Shown here in pieces: positions 1 to 13,790 of a stretch of 64,000 bases of DNA (the first letter of the stretch is position 1; every line of letters starts with the position of its first letter). The stretch spans positions 33,854,001 to 33,918,000 of the forward strand of contig NW_024704742.1 of assembly GCF_018977255.1 (NCBI RefSeq), read 5' to 3'. This stretch comes from Callorhinchus milii. Lineage: Eukaryota. The position numbers and the translations under genes were made by a program. The notes under the pieces were generated by a model. That model was not told the origin of the DNA. It saw only the letters and a program-made list of their open reading frames with translations, and did no database searches.

Positions 1-358
1 GCACTATTTGAAAAAAGGAAATTTCTTCTGGAATATATATAGATATATATTTATTTGTTGATATATATTTACTCTGGTCTCAAATAGTATCAAATCCTTT
101 ACGGAAAAGAATATGCAACATGTTATTATCCCGTTACAGAATGCAACCGACCCAGCACCTAGTGGCGGGGGTGGCCTCCGTACACTCCACTCTGGTGAAG
201 GAACCAAGGCTTCCTCGCCTCGGGGTTCTGCTGCCCTTTGCAGGGTACAATTACAAATGGGGTCTTATACCCCCCTCCCTATCTCTCCCTTCTTAGTGGG
301 GAGCGGGGACAGGTTCACTGTACACAGGTTGTGCACAGTAGCTCAGTGGCTAGAGCTA

Positions 359-687
359 GAGCTCCTGTAGCTCAGTGGTTAGAGCACTCGCTTTGCAACC
401 GAGAGACCTGAGTTCAATTCCAGGCAGAGGGCAAAACCTTGGGCAAGTTTCCTTACTCCACACAGAGCCTAATAATAATCCCTCCAAAAACAAAAACAAT
501 AATAAATTGGTCATTTTCAATCTACGACTGTTTGTGGGACATTGCTGTGCGCAATTGGCTGCCGCGTTCGCCCACAAATATACAGTCAATTCACTTTACA
601 GTGTGTTCTGTGAAGCGCTTTGGGACGTCCTCCCGACGTGAAAAGCGCTATATCAAATGCAAGGATTATTATTATTATTATTATTAT
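359..687 (+). mobile_element. young tRNA-derived SINE, full length (short variant)
   Basis: tRNA-like head (TAGCTCAGTGG A box, GAGTTCAATTCC B box), ACCTTGGGCAAGTTTCC body, tail ending AAGCGCTATATCAAATGCAAGG(ATT)n. Near-identical to the 13373 and 29258 copies. Confidence 0.93.
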
Positions 688-900
688 ATTTGTTTGGGAC
701 GCTCCCTCAAAGGCCAAATCTGGGCCAAGTACAGTAACACCAAAAGCACCTCAGACATTATCACCAGGTTTTTCCCGGTGATGGAAAGCGAGCGCTGGCG
801 CCACATCCCCAGTTTCTTCCTCACTGTATCTAGATGCTCCTCCCAGCTTTTTTGGTACGCCCCTGCCACCCCGAACTAGATTCCGAGGACCTTGCATTCT
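688..900 (-). mobile_element. Tx1/L1-clade LINE ORF2 fragment (post-RT region)
   Basis: Translation VLGI*FG...SWEEHLDTVRKKLGMWRQRSLSITGKNLVIMSEVLLVLLYLAQIWP resembles the W..L..I..KL..W....LS..GK motif of Tx1/L1 ORF2. Confidence 0.75.
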
Positions 901-1052
901 GTTCTTCACTTCATGGCTGCAACCTTGCTAGATGCACTGGAGGATACAGGCTACAACCTCACATAGAATGTATTCACTACACTGGAAGATTGTACGACCT
1001 CCACTCTTCAGTTACAGAGTTACAGTTCAGTTACAGTGATATTAATAATCAT

Positions 1053-1263
1053 GAATAATAAGCCCTCCAAAAACAAAACAATAATAAATTGGTCATTTTC
1101 AATCCAAGACTGTTTGTGGGATATTGCTGTGCGCAATTGGCTGCCACGTTTCGCCCACAAATATACGGACAATTCACTTTACAATCTATTCTGTGAAGCA
1201 CTTTGAGATGTCGAGAAGACATGAAAAGCACTATATCAAATGCAAGGATTATTGCTATTATTA
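1053..1263 (+). mobile_element. 5'-truncated SINE (same family)
   Basis: Matches the 3' two-thirds of the 359-687 copy. Confidence 0.9.
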
Positions 1264-2169
1264 CAGAGAAAGTAAACCTAGAACAATATTTTCAAATATG
1301 CCAAGAAAACAGGATGAAAGGGCACAGGGTTAAGATTGTGAAGGGTAATGTATGAATTACCACCACCAGCAGATGGTGATTTCTTTAGAATTTTTAAATT
1401 TAAAATTTCTAAATTTCTTTAGAGAGAATGTGATCAACAACTGAAATAATTTACCAGGAAATGTGTTTGAGGGTAAAACGCTGCACTTATTTTAACAGAG
1501 ACACTAGAATCAATATGCTGGACGAATGAGATTAAACGCATTGAAGGGACTTTTTCATCTGATACATTTTAAAATAAGTTTAGAAAAAAAATTAACCTGG
1601 GACTTCAGCTGAACCACAAATACAGTCCAATGTGTATCTGTATTTACTGAAAAAGTACTTTACTTACTGCTCAGTTTATACTTGACTGTTGACAAAAGAT
1701 GACATCTGAACAGCTGCCTAGAACAACTGAACATTTACCATTAATGAAGTTAATGCCAGTTCACAGTAGCAAATCCACACCACAAACTCCGGAGTTGACC
1801 AGCAAGGAGTATACGTGGTAAAAATGGATTGCTCTAATTTTTTTTTTAAGTTGGCTTATTACACACACACACACACACACAGAGCCTTCCAGTATACAGA
1901 TAATTGCATAGAATTGTCACTGCGATGATCCAGTTAAAACTTTTAACCTCTTGCAACATCTTCAGAGTTCAACAAATGACATGACCTTTACCATACACTC
2001 AATTTGAAATGTTTAACTGGTGAAACAAGGTCTATTCGCCATTTAAAAAAAATTGGGCCAAACATTTCAAATTTAAAAAGGGCTTTGTTAAAACTAATAA
2101 CATTCTCATCTCTCTTGCAGCAGTGCTGTTGGAAAGATCAACTTTTAAAGAGAAATGATTAGCTTTTAC

Positions 2170-2410
2170 TGTCAGGTGCACCAAGACAGAAGAGGACACA
2201 GGTTTAGTGTTGCAAAAGGCATTTCAAGACAGATAACCAGGAAGTGTTTCTTTACCCAGAGGTTAATTGATGACTGGAACACATTGTCAGGCCTGGTTCA
2301 GGCCAGAGCGCTGGACCCATTTGAAAAAAAACAGCTTGATACTCTGATGGGATGACACTCGGGTGGGAGTTCTGGGAGAATGAGATCAAATGGGATGAAG
2401 GATCTTCTTT
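2170..2410 (+). mobile_element. old CR1 LINE 3' fragment
   Basis: RGHRF...RKCFFTQRLIDDWNTL, the CR1 ORF2 C-terminal motif. A similarly decayed fragment lies at ~1290-1550. Confidence 0.7.
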
Positions 2411-4084
2411 ATTGGAACCAATTTGGGGTTCCTGCCAGTAAACTGGGGTAAGAGGCAATAACTAATTCTATCACATTGGTCATTTAGTCACAAATTGTAT
2501 GGGAAAAAGGGTCAGAAGCAGTTTGCCAATAACAGTTACTAGATTTGACAACCATTGTCCTGTTCAACATAGATAATTTGACCCAGGTGCAATAAAATTG
2601 CAGTTTTTTTTTGTTTACCAGGATTATCAAACTTTTCTAAGGTTGACGTTTCAGTGATCAGTTATTGTAATCTCCTCCTGTATCACCGACGAAACAAATC
2701 TTTCCACAGAAAAGTGATGTTAAAAATTGAACCTGAAACATGTTGCAGCACAAGGTGGCAGTTTTGACCACAAACTCAGGCTTTACAATGCACAAGCTCT
2801 AATTTTTTTTTAAAAAAATTACATTTGGAACAAATAGTTTAAGATTAGGTCGTCATCATGAAATATTTCTGGTTACAATATTTACTAGGCTGAACTGAAA
2901 CTCATCTCACCAACAGCGCAATTGAGCCAACTAACCCCACATCTTGAGAAACTCAGATAAAGATGTTGTGAACACATACATCAGCATTGAAAGACCTTTG
3001 CAGTGCGTTTCAGATTTCATAGCTTCACTGCAGCATGTAGCAGCACGAGCATCAGTCAATTGATTTGGCAGATTGGTGTACTAAAGCACTAGGGGAGTCA
3101 GACTTAGTGCTTGCAACTCCTTCCCATACAGCAAGAACCTTGGAGTGTTGCCTCGTGCAAAAGCTTAGACTGGTAAAATGACTAGCTGCGTGGTCATCAT
3201 TTCAATCAATGTCACAGTTCCAGTAGGAACTCAGATACTTGTTCATGGAATGAGGTGGAGCGAGGGTAAAGGGAAGAGAAAATGAGTCTCAGATGCAGAA
3301 CATTCATACCAAATTGTACATTGTACATCAGTCAGTGTAAAACCTCATGTTCTGCACCAAACCCATTCAAAGAATAAAAACAAATATTGCACATTCAAAT
3401 GTTTAGCGATTCAATATCGGTACAATTCCACCTTATTTCACAGGAACAGAAAATCGATTTTTTTTTTTAAACCTTGCATAAAAGAAAAGGTATTTTGAAA
3501 GCTGCCAAATATTCCTTACTGAAAGGGTTATCAGGAGATGTGGGTCCTCGTCCTCTCCTTGCACAGTTCGATTATTCGAGAGTCAAGGCTGGAAACAAAA
3601 CACATCTGCAGAAAATCTTAAGATTTGACTCACACTGTTTTTGGGTACACAGTGTATTCAAGTCAAGGCTTTTTATTTGTGCTTGTTCAAAACTGATCCA
3701 CGGTTGGATCCATTACCCATTTACCACATTCTTTTGCCATGTTCCTACTTTAAAGTAGGAAAGATCTTACTTTTAAGTTTGTCTATGTCGTAGCCTTAAC
3801 AGATTAAGAGCTTAGTTAATTTTGTTTTCTGCTTTTGTGACTGGATTTAATGCTCCATTTAAACTGCACAGTTGGTGACGTGTAAAGGCATCTATTTGAA
3901 TCTAATGCTGTTGGCAGCAAAAGAAATTAATTCCCAAAATTCCAAACAGACTTGAAACTTCAAATAAAAATCAATTGGCAGCTATTAATATGTTGAGAGA
4001 GATGGCCAAACTTCTGGCTATGATACCATAATAGTTCAGCACTGGTCTGTGCCCTGCATTTAGTTTCAAGTACGTTATCAGCTC

Positions 4085-4648
4085 AACAACAACAACAAAA
4101 TTAAATTTGCATGGCGCCGTTCAAGTCAAGATGCTGGACAGTCAGTGTTTGGACCCAAGCTGGGGGTCAGGATCGGGCAGGGGGGAGAAGGAGGGTGATC
4201 GAAAGCATGGTCAAAGAGGAGGGTCTTTAGATGGGTCTTGAAGGAGGCAAGGGAGGGGTGAGGTGGAGGGACTGCGGGATGGAGTTCCAGAGGGTGGGGG
4301 CAGATTGGCAGAAGGCCCGCCCGCCAATGGTGGGGCGGGAGAGGTGGGGGATGTTAAGCAGGCTGGAGCTCACTGAGCGGAGGGAGTTGGCAGGATGGCA
4401 GGGTGTTAGGAGGTCGCAGAGGTAGGGGGGAGCAAGGCTGTGGAGGGCTTTGAAGGTGAGGACCAGGATCTTGAACTGTATCCTCTGTGTGATGGGAAGC
4501 CAGTGGAGTCGGGCGAGGATGGGGGTAATAGGATCACGAAGCCTGGTGCAGGAGAGGACATGGGTTGCAGAGTTCTGGATGATCTGCAGCCTATGGAGGG
4601 AAGAGTTGGGGAGGCCGACAAGCAGAGAGTTTGCATAGTCAAACCTGG
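4085..4648 (-). mobile_element. L2 LINE 3' fragment
   Basis: Minus strand encodes RLHWLPITQRIQFKILVLTFKALH-type sequence; (TTG)n tail at 4085-4097. Confidence 0.85.
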
Positions 4649-4952
4649 ATGTTTTGCAGTGTCAGACAACCCAGCACCTAGCAACAAGCAGTTCAAACCA
4701 GTTAAGCGAGCGGAAATACATCATTTGATGTGGCATCAAGAGATCCAGAATAGATTCATATAAATCCAGAATTGCTGTGTCTGGCTGGTATTGAATTTGC
4801 TTCAGTCCTGCACAGGTCTCTGATGTAAATGATATTGAAAGGCTTTGTAAAGGACAATTCTATGCAATTTTATTCCTTGTGTGAATGTGTCAGTGTGACT
4901 GAGTTGGTCACACTCTTTTCCATGGTTGTGGTTTGTTCCTGTTACATTCTTA

Positions 4953-5436
4953 GGTGGCAGTCTAGCTTAGTTGTCAGCGCTCTCGCCTCTGAGACAGAAG
5001 GTTGGGTGTTCAAGCCTTACCTATCTACTTTAAGATTTTGAATTCTTATGGTCTAGGCTGACACTCAATACTGCACTGCATTGTCGGAGGTGCCGCCCTT
5101 CAGATGAGATGCTAATCTGAGCGGATTTGGATCCAGGACATTATAAGAAACTCCCTTCTCTTTCCGAACAGCACCACAGGATCCTTTAACATCCAGCTAA
5201 ACAGGGTACAGACAAGGAGCACGGCTTAGCATCTCAGCCGAGGGATGGCACCTCCAACAATGCAGCGCTCCCACATCAATCTCCGACTGTTTGTGGGACA
5301 CTGCTGTGCGCAACTGTCTGCCAAGTTTCGCCCACAAAAATACAGTCAATCCACTTTACAGTGTATTCTGTGAAGCGCTTTGATACACCTCAACCACATG
5401 ACAAGGCGTTATATTAAATGCACATATTATTATTTT
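4953..5436. mobile_element. cluster of older Deu-domain-type SINE fragments in both orientations plus a SINE tail
   Basis: Head GCCTCTGAGACAGAAGGTTGGGTGTTCAAGCC, central GGTGCCGCCCTTCAGATGAGATGCTAA, an inverted central segment, then the common tail. Confidence 0.7.
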
Positions 5437-7860
5437 ATCAACAGGAAAATCTTGAATTAACTGATCTCAGCCGAGCAGCAATGAGGTGCTACAATCTCAA
5501 GTCTTCATAATGGGTGGTGGGGGGGAGAGAAAGAGCTGAGGTTTCCCCATGACTACTATCCAGTGATTGTAGTTGTAGATCAAGTGTATTCTGCTACAAA
5601 TAGTGTCCCAATACTGTCCTCAAGATCATACCACACCCATTTTTCAAAGATTAATGAAAAGCCCAAAATGGTGTTGAAATGAATTGGGTCCAATGTTTCA
5701 GAGGCTACATTATAACAAAGTGCAAAAAAGGGCAGACTTCCGGATTACCTGGTTGCTGCAAACTTCCAGTGTGTTGCTCACATGGACTGACATCACTTCT
5801 GTTGCAGCATGCGGGAAGTGACATTGGTAGTGCTTCCTGCTCACAGCACAGGAAATGACTTACTGATGTCTCCTGCACATATCAAGCATGCACAAGAAAT
5901 TACAGTGATGACTCCTTGACCCAGAGATTGGCCTTTGTTGTTAGCATGGGGAATTGGCTTGACCATGCCAGAAGCTGGGTTTATCATGGTTCCTTGTACT
6001 TACTATCCACCTACTGAGGACTTGTTGGATGTCGAACGACCAACTAGTGACTATCCCCCTTGGGAGGTGGGGAGGGGGGAATATAAGCGGGGTCTCCTTG
6101 GAGCTGAACTGGTGACACGGTGACATGCCTGGCAATAGATTGGGATCGAGCCAGCCCTCTGTGGCTGTCTCAGTAGTCCAGTAAGCAGTATGTGTCCCTT
6201 CAGGGAGTGCGCCTTCCATTCCAACAATCTAGCTCTGTGTAGATGGGATGCAAGGAAATCTCGGCTTGGTTTGGATACTCTTTAGTATTGTGATGGTTTC
6301 ATCATGTGTCAACGACACCCGGCTGAACAAAAATGGTTCTACTACTCAATCGATCGCAACTCTCAGCAAACTCATGCTCAATTGGGATGCATTTTAACAG
6401 GGTACTGGCCCTGAAATACAGCGACATGTACTTGGCTTCAGAGTATGCAACAAAATTCATCTGATAAAACAATATTTCCCAATACTTTTTCCACAGTGGG
6501 ATGCCAATTGTGTCAGTTTTAGTCAGAGATCTTCAAATCAGTCATACTGATCAGCAATAGAGCCAACTATCCAATTTATAAGAGCCAGTGCGGAGAGTAA
6601 TGGGAAGAGAGGCGTAGGACTTTTTTAAAAAGCTATTGTGTCATATTTTGCAATTCTAAAACTACAGAACCACGAGTCTCAGAGGAAATGCAAGGTAGAT
6701 GTGGAAAATAGAAGACATTAGAGCTCTGGTTCAAGGAAAATATTTTCCAAAGTGTTATTTTGTTCATTGCTAGAGCTACTAAATTATGTGCATTTTTATT
6801 CACTTAATTATTTAGGCCAACAAAGTTTTACATCGACTGTCTGAAGAGTAGAACTGGCAGAGAAATGGGAGAATGTTAAACGTCCACACTCTTAAGTGAG
6901 GAAATAATCTATTGTCTGGGGGATTACTGATGGGACACACAAACCATACAGAAAGGTGGAGAGGGGAAACAAACGCACCCCACCTTGTATCTCAGTAATG
7001 AAGGCAATGCACATTCACACCATTTCTTTCATTTATAAGTGACCAGAGGCCAAAATCCCAACACACACTAACAAAAGCAAAATAGACATGTCTGTTGACT
7101 CTCCCTTAACAGTGAGCTTCCAAAGTAGTAGGAACAAAAATCAAGTGCATTTAAAAAAAGTATAGATTTTGTAGCATTAAGTCTATTTCATTAGCTAGTG
7201 ATGAATCTCTATAGATTCCTGGCATAACTAGGCACTGAGCAGTGCTTATACCAGATGTGCAACAGTTGCACATCATGCACTGCACTGGAGTAATTATCTT
7301 TTGTTCCTTTATGCCAAGCAACACAGAATATATATTTTTTAGAGGTACTACATGGTGTTTTCTCCTAAAGTATCGCCCCACTGGCAATCAGATTGAAATG
7401 GAGCTGGGTCTCAACTCCAGCAGGGAGCACCAATACCAGCATAGCAACTTCCAATCTGATGGGTATTCAGGTGAGTAGACAACGGGAAATAAAAATCTTA
7501 CAACATTTGGTTTTAAATGATTGGAATACATGAGAGGTGCTGCTTCTCTAAATAACTCTCTGCAGCTTTAGGAGAAAAAGCCTAAGCACACACGACACCT
7601 TGAACTAGTTTCAATGAAAGTACAGGGCAACTGATAGGCCTTCATGGACAGCTGTTGCAACTGATTTTTAGAGATAACAATCAGAGAAAATTCAAAATAC
7701 TGAGATGGAACAGTTGAATTGGAATTAAATGGTATTTAGCGTTTGGCAAGAAGACCTTATCCATAACTTGAAGTTCTGGTATTTGATGTCTGGAAGAAGC
7801 CAGAGTGAGAAATAGTGCAGAAAGAGATATACCGCAGATTGATGGGGTTTGTCAACAACT

Positions 7861-8170
7861 GGAGTCCTGTAGCTCAGTGGTTAGAGCACTCGCCTCACAA
7901 GCGAGAGACCTGGGTTTGATTCCCGGCGTGCGAAACCTTGGGCAAGTTTCCTTATCCACATACCTGATAAGAATCCCTCAAGAAAAACAAACAATAATAA
8001 ATTGGTCACTTCAATCCACGAGTGTTTGTGGGACACTGCTGTGCTCAATTGGCTGCCGCGTTCCGCCCACAAATATACAGTCAATTCACTTTAAAGTACA
8101 TTCTGTGAAGAGCTTTGAGACGCCTAGATGTGAAAATGCTATATCAAATGCAAGGATTATTATTATTATA
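7861..8170 (+). mobile_element. tRNA-derived SINE, full length
   Basis: GGAGTCCTGTAGCTCAGTGG head through (ATT)n tail. Confidence 0.92.
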
Positions 8171-9139
8171 ACAAACAATTTTACATGGACATTCCTGAGA
8201 AGTGTTTCAAAATATAATTTCAACAGTAATGCAAAATATCTAGTCGCACCACTCCCAGGGACCATTGGGAAGTGTTTATGCTCTTGTGGTGGCTCAGCAA
8301 GTTTATTCATAACTGACCATATAACCCAAGACGATCCTAGGTTCCATCCCTAACTTTTGGCTGATCTCACCCAGCATGGCAACCTGGGTACTACAACTGG
8401 CCCTGGTACTGAACATGGTTGCAGCAGGTGTATTGCGTACAGTAATAGTGTACCGAACACTATTTGTAAACTTCTATTGTGTACAGTAATATAGTATACT
8501 GAAGGTTTTGCAGCATTTGTTTTTTTTTAAAAAACAATTAGTATCCAATCGTTTTCCTAATTTTCTCCCCAGTGACATATGACTCTCTGCTTTTGGCCTG
8601 GCCTCCTCTTACATGAGTATGTTTCCACAGCCTCTGTTGGCCCTACGGCACAATTCTACAGAAGAATAGTTTTAGATCCTGGTTCTCTAAGGCACACCCA
8701 CTGTGACTCTTTCAACTGTAGTTTTTCACAATGATAGCCCTTCACAGATACAGTATTAATGCAGCCATTAGCTCCCGATTTGTAATGTGGAACAAGCACA
8801 ATGGCATATGAAGAGAAATAAAAAAAAACATTCTATGCCAGAAAACAGGAATTCTGCAATACATTTAAGTGGAAACCCCTCTAAGTCAGCAGTTTTAAAT
8901 TTTGCTAATAATCAGGTAGGGCCCCCTATGGTGGCTCCTCAAACGCACGAGAATTTTCAAGGCTTTATTTTCATCTAGAAATGATTGTGCCAAGCAGTCT
9001 CCAGAGTAATGATTTTAATTGGACCCATAACAATTACACAAGCTTTCAAACCTGAGTTTTCTTACTCAGGTACATTTTGCACGAGCAGACCTACGGAGGA
9101 GGGGCAGATTGAACCTGAATCTCTCCTCAATGACTGAAC

Positions 9140-9272
9140 ACCCTGCTTTCCCTCCTGCCCTCCAGCCTTCCCAATCCCCACCCCCAGCTCAGGTCCGAAA
9201 CTCTTACTGCCCAGTGCCTCGGGATGTCCTCCCGACGTGAAAGGCGCTATACAAATGTAAGTTTGTTGTTGC
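9140..9272 (+). mobile_element. L2 extreme 3' end
   Basis: GGGATGTCCTCCCGACGTGAAAGGCGCTATACAAATGTAAGTTTGTTGTTG. Confidence 0.75.
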
Positions 9273-11174
9273 CTTTCTCATTGCTGAATCGGCTGGATTC
9301 AGGGGCTCTGCAGCAGGGCTACGCACTCATTGATGCGGATACATAAGCGATGCTGCAACTGATCAAGTCTTCATCTGGACAGCTGCATCTTCAAAATCCT
9401 GCGGTGCTTTTGCATAGAATCACACAGCCAAGTATTCACACCAGCTCCACTACTTGCTTAAGAATAGCTGGGACATTAAGAGCCCCAGGTTTTTAATGCA
9501 GATAAAGAAAACTGCAGTCTGGATACGTACAGCATCTGACAAGTACAACACATTGGCATTCATTTACTCCCCAACTGAGTACTTCTGTCTCTAATAAAAG
9601 GATTTGTAACATGTTGGCCTCATGTCTAGATAGATCCACATATGCGATTATGTGACAGAACAATAAGTGCAACCTCTGTCACATGAGTACCCTTTACACT
9701 TACAACATTTTCTTTCTCTTTGGAATACGTGACATCAGGCACAATATCGAGGAAAACCACGTAAAACAATGATCATTCCAGCTGGTGAAATATGCCTTTT
9801 ACATCTCGAGACTCTCAAACTTATGGAATAAACTGCATGACTTTGTGGCTTTAACAATGCGTGTAAAAGGTCAACTATCAGATGAACAGTCAGTCAGGTG
9901 TTTGATCACTTTTGGGTTTGAAAATTGTATCAACATAGAAAAGTTACACTACCAGTTTCACGAGTCATGAAGGCGTGGTGAATACACCAAGTTCTGTGTC
10001 AGTCGCACCTTTCATGTACTGTGCGTATAGATGAGCCTTGCATTTGGTAGTCAGGAGGTCATCTCAAAGTGCTTCACAGGATTTACTGTAAAGTGTTGTG
10101 ACTGTATTTTCTAGACAACCGTTCAACAGGCGTTCCTCTGTGGGTCGACATCAAGAGGTTTGACTTCAGTGGAACAGAAAGATTTGAGACGTGCCCATCA
10201 ACTATATACCACCTCATCTAGACCCACTAAATTGGTATCAAAAGAAAAACAGCTGGATTACCACAAGCCCACTGTGAAACCGGCTCCTACTGTCCCATTC
10301 TCCCTCTGTCCCTCTACACTATACTTGTCCAGTCATAACTTTTACTCACAGTATTTCTTTCCTGGGTGATTCACTTCAGTATCACCTCCATTTTCTATCG
10401 TTCTTTCCTGAACTGACTCGCACGAGGTTCTGGCTTTTCCACATTTCCTTCCTGTTTCAACTCTTTCTCAATCACAGTTTCTTTTTCCATCTCAGCAAGA
10501 TAATTTGCATATTCTACACAGTAATTTTGGGTCAGCAGATATTTGCTGTGGCTAATTAATAATAATACTTGTGTGTTAAACAGCCTGCTGTACCCCACCA
10601 ACATTTACTTCACTCAACAAAACTATGTATGTACATCAGAGCATAGTTCAAAATTAAACACCAGATTTTTACTCTACATTAATGACGTCAAAAAGGTACA
10701 AAGGACCAATGCAGTCCATCTAGTACTTTTGATGCAGTCAATGGAATCAAACTGATTCAGCATTCGCATTCTGCCAAGAGTCCACAAACCAGTGTTTGAA
10801 TACTGCAGACCAGTCCAATGTCACAGCAAATAAAGATGCAAACAACCTTTACAGTAAACAATAAATATTATCACAAATTGTTTTAAAAACATAAATCCCT
10901 AATGTAAAAGCTGCTCATCAGTCAGCTGATTGTGGCTAATTTACAATATGGACTTGTATAGTGCTTTCAATGTAGGCAGAATATGTTAACATGCTTTACA
11001 AAGATGAAGTGAACATCACTGACTTACTGATCATTGTTCACAATGTTAGAAAAAAAAACCTTGTTTTGATTCTACTACATCAGGGACTGGATGAGTGCAA
11101 CCATCCTGCAGCTGAACATGGACAAGATGGAAGCCATACGCCTTGGCTCCAGTCAACATCTTCACTCCTATGGA

Positions 11175-11910
11175 TCTAAACTCCTCAACCTCACCGAACC
11201 AGCGTGAAACCTAGGCATCCGGTTTGACTCCCACCTGACCTTCCTCCCCCACATCCGGACCCCGACCAGGACTGTCTTCTTACATCTTCGCCACATTGCC
11301 CACCTCTGACCATACCTTAACCCAAATGCAGCCGAAACGCTCGTGTATGCATTTGTCACCTCCCACCTGGATTACTCAATCGCACTTCTCGCCGGTCTCC
11401 CCAGCTCCACCATTCACAAGATCAGCTCAGTCACAACTCTGCTGCCCGCATACTGACCCGGACCAAACTCTGTACCCACATCTCATCAGTTCTGGTCAGG
11501 CTCCACATCACCGAACAGATTGACTTTAAGATCCTCACACTCATTTTCAAATCCATTCACTCCCTGGCACCTCCCTACCTCTCCAACCTCCTCACTCCCC
11601 AGTCCAACACCCGGCGCCTCCACTCGACTGGCATCGGCCTCCTGCGTGTCCCTTGCACCCTCCACCCCACCATTGGAGGTTGTGCTTTCAGCCATTATGC
11701 CCCGAAACTGTGGAACACTCTCTCTCAATCCCTCCGCTTTGCTCTCTCTCTCCCCTTTTCCAAATCCTGCCTGAAAACCTTCCTTTTCGACCATACGGTC
11801 ACCTACCCCCACCCCCCCACCCGGCTTGGAGTCGGGCTCTGTCATTGTTAAGCCCTCTGAGACGCTACGCTGAGTTGAGGGCGTTATACAAGTGCAAGTT
11901 GTTGTTATTA
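11175..11910 (+). mobile_element. L2 LINE 3' fragment
   Basis: Decayed NLGI.FD..L...AAETLVYAFVTSHLDY motif, pyrimidine-rich 3' UTR and GGCGTTATACAAGTGCAAGTTGTTG tail. Confidence 0.85.
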
Positions 11911-13372
11911 TACAAATTACAGATGCAATTTGGTATGAGTAATCAAGAATATCACACAATATATTGGTACAACATTAAAACTCATCTTGCGTGAATTTTC
12001 CTTTAATGTATTAATAATACTCAATAAGTGCGTGATATTCACCACTACGCCCCCAAAACTCTGCAGCACTCTTCCGCTATCCCTCCTCCACCTTGCCCCT
12101 TCCTTCCCCATCTTCAGGTCGCGCCTATTTGACCGTAACTACGGGTAACTCTCCCTCTCCACGGCTCAGATTGTGCTCCCCCACTGTCAAGCGCTCTGGG
12201 ATACTACATAAATGTATGTTGCTGTTGTGGTAAAGTTCTACTCACAAGTACAAAGTTTTATTCACAATTCAATGAGCGCAGAATCCACCAAATAGCAAAA
12301 ATCTAGTCACTCATTTTATTTAGTTGTACCTTTTTGTGGAATTATTTCCCAAAATTACATTAAAACTTACATGAGTCACATTAGTCGGGACTGTATTTAA
12401 TATTACTTACACGGAGTCCGAGTTGCAGGCAAACTGTCCAGACTGTATAAAATCAGATTTAATCAATAATCTACACTGTGCATGCGCAATTCAATGCAGC
12501 TGGTATGTAGGCATATGTTAGTTCATCACTGCAGCTGGTAGATGCACGCGCAGTGACGGGTCAAAACTACTTTTCCTGCAATTCAATGTGTCTTGACCCA
12601 TCGCCACATGTGCACGTAGACGTATTGGGAGTTTTCTCATTGATACTTGTGATAAACTTTTAAAAAGTAAACTAGGTTAGGCTGTACAAACTACATAAAC
12701 CATACAGGTTGCACCTTAAAAGAGGCTTAAGGACAGTTTTGCCCAATTCCTGAACAAACAACCCAAGATATGTAGTGACGAGGAGTCAGGTAAGAAATAA
12801 ACTCAAGAACAATCTCCCTCTTATTTCTGTTCAGATTGTGTCAAGAGAGGAGAACGTAAATATGTAACATTGAAACACGAAACACCAAAAGTGATGCCTT
12901 ACATTTAAAACAACTGGTTTTGAATGGCCATATTGTAACATTTTGGTTGCAATTGCAATAGGGACGAATGAACTGCACTCGACAGGACTTAACGTGTGGG
13001 AAACGACTCCAGCAAACACGAGCTGGGACTTGATTAACAAAAAGGGGGGGAAAGAAAAACACTCACAGCTCAATTCTTTTAACAGGAAAGATGAACGCAC
13101 GTCCCTAACACATTTATTTATTTATGCATTCATGAATTTTTTTTAAAAAAAAGCCCATATACACCCATTATATCCTGAAGGGTGTGTGGCAAAGTATAAC
13201 CGGAGTGGCTGTTTTTATACGGTCGGGGTTGCATTGAACCAGATGTGTAAACTCCTGTGCACATCTGTAGTCCCGACTGCCAATGAGAAGTGCAAGTACT
13301 TGCACCTGGTAACTGCCCCTCTGACTGGGGGAGAGGAGGAGGAGGAGGGGGAGAGGAGGAGGGGAGACAACA

Positions 13373-13689
13373 TGGAGTCCTGTAGCTCAGTGGTTAGAGC
13401 ACTCGCTTTGCAAGTGAGAGACCTGAGTTCAATTCCAGTCAGGGCGAAACCTTGGGCAAGTTTCCTTACTCCACACAGAGCCTAATAATAATCCCTCCAA
13501 AAAACCAAAACAATAATAAATTGGTCATTTTCAATCTACGACTGTTTGTGGGACATTGCTGTGCGCAATTGGCTGCCGCGTTCGCCCACAAATATACAGT
13601 CAATTCACTTTACAGTCTGTTCTGTGAAGCGCTTTGGGACGTCCTCCCGACGTGAAAAGCGCTCTATCAAATGCAAGGATTATTATTAT
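13373..13689 (+). mobile_element. young tRNA-derived SINE, full length
   Basis: Near-identical to 359-687. Confidence 0.93.
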
Positions 13690-13732
13690 CATAAAGGCAC
13701 AAGGCAACACCTCACACATTTAGCAACGAAGC

Positions 13733-13790
13733 AATAATAATGACAGTAATAATAATAATAATAATAATGATGATGATGATGATGATGATG
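13733..13790. repeat. (AAT)n(GAT)n compound microsatellite
   Basis: Read directly. Confidence 0.9.

Noticed and set aside
359..430. tRNA genes (here and at 7861, 13373, 27600, 29510)
   Set aside because: tRNA-like heads continue into SINE bodies and lack a proper acceptor stem and terminator.
356..879. Recurring ORFs such as MGKFPYSTQSL... and MTVYLWANAAANC...
   Set aside because: Translations of SINE copies that recur wherever the SINE occurs.
6841..6870. CTGAAGAG...GAAA as a hammerhead
   Set aside because: No stem II or flanking stems can be formed.
7360..7480. Plus-strand exon-like segment ending CAG|GTGAGT
   Set aside because: No convincing acceptor, partner exon or protein similarity.
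10395..10604. Glu/Lys-rich ORF as a candidate AP1AR exon
   Set aside because: No similarity to the expected AP1AR sequence (SKYFR, FENLVESDE, coiled coil), and an in-frame stop precedes the nearby GTGAGT.
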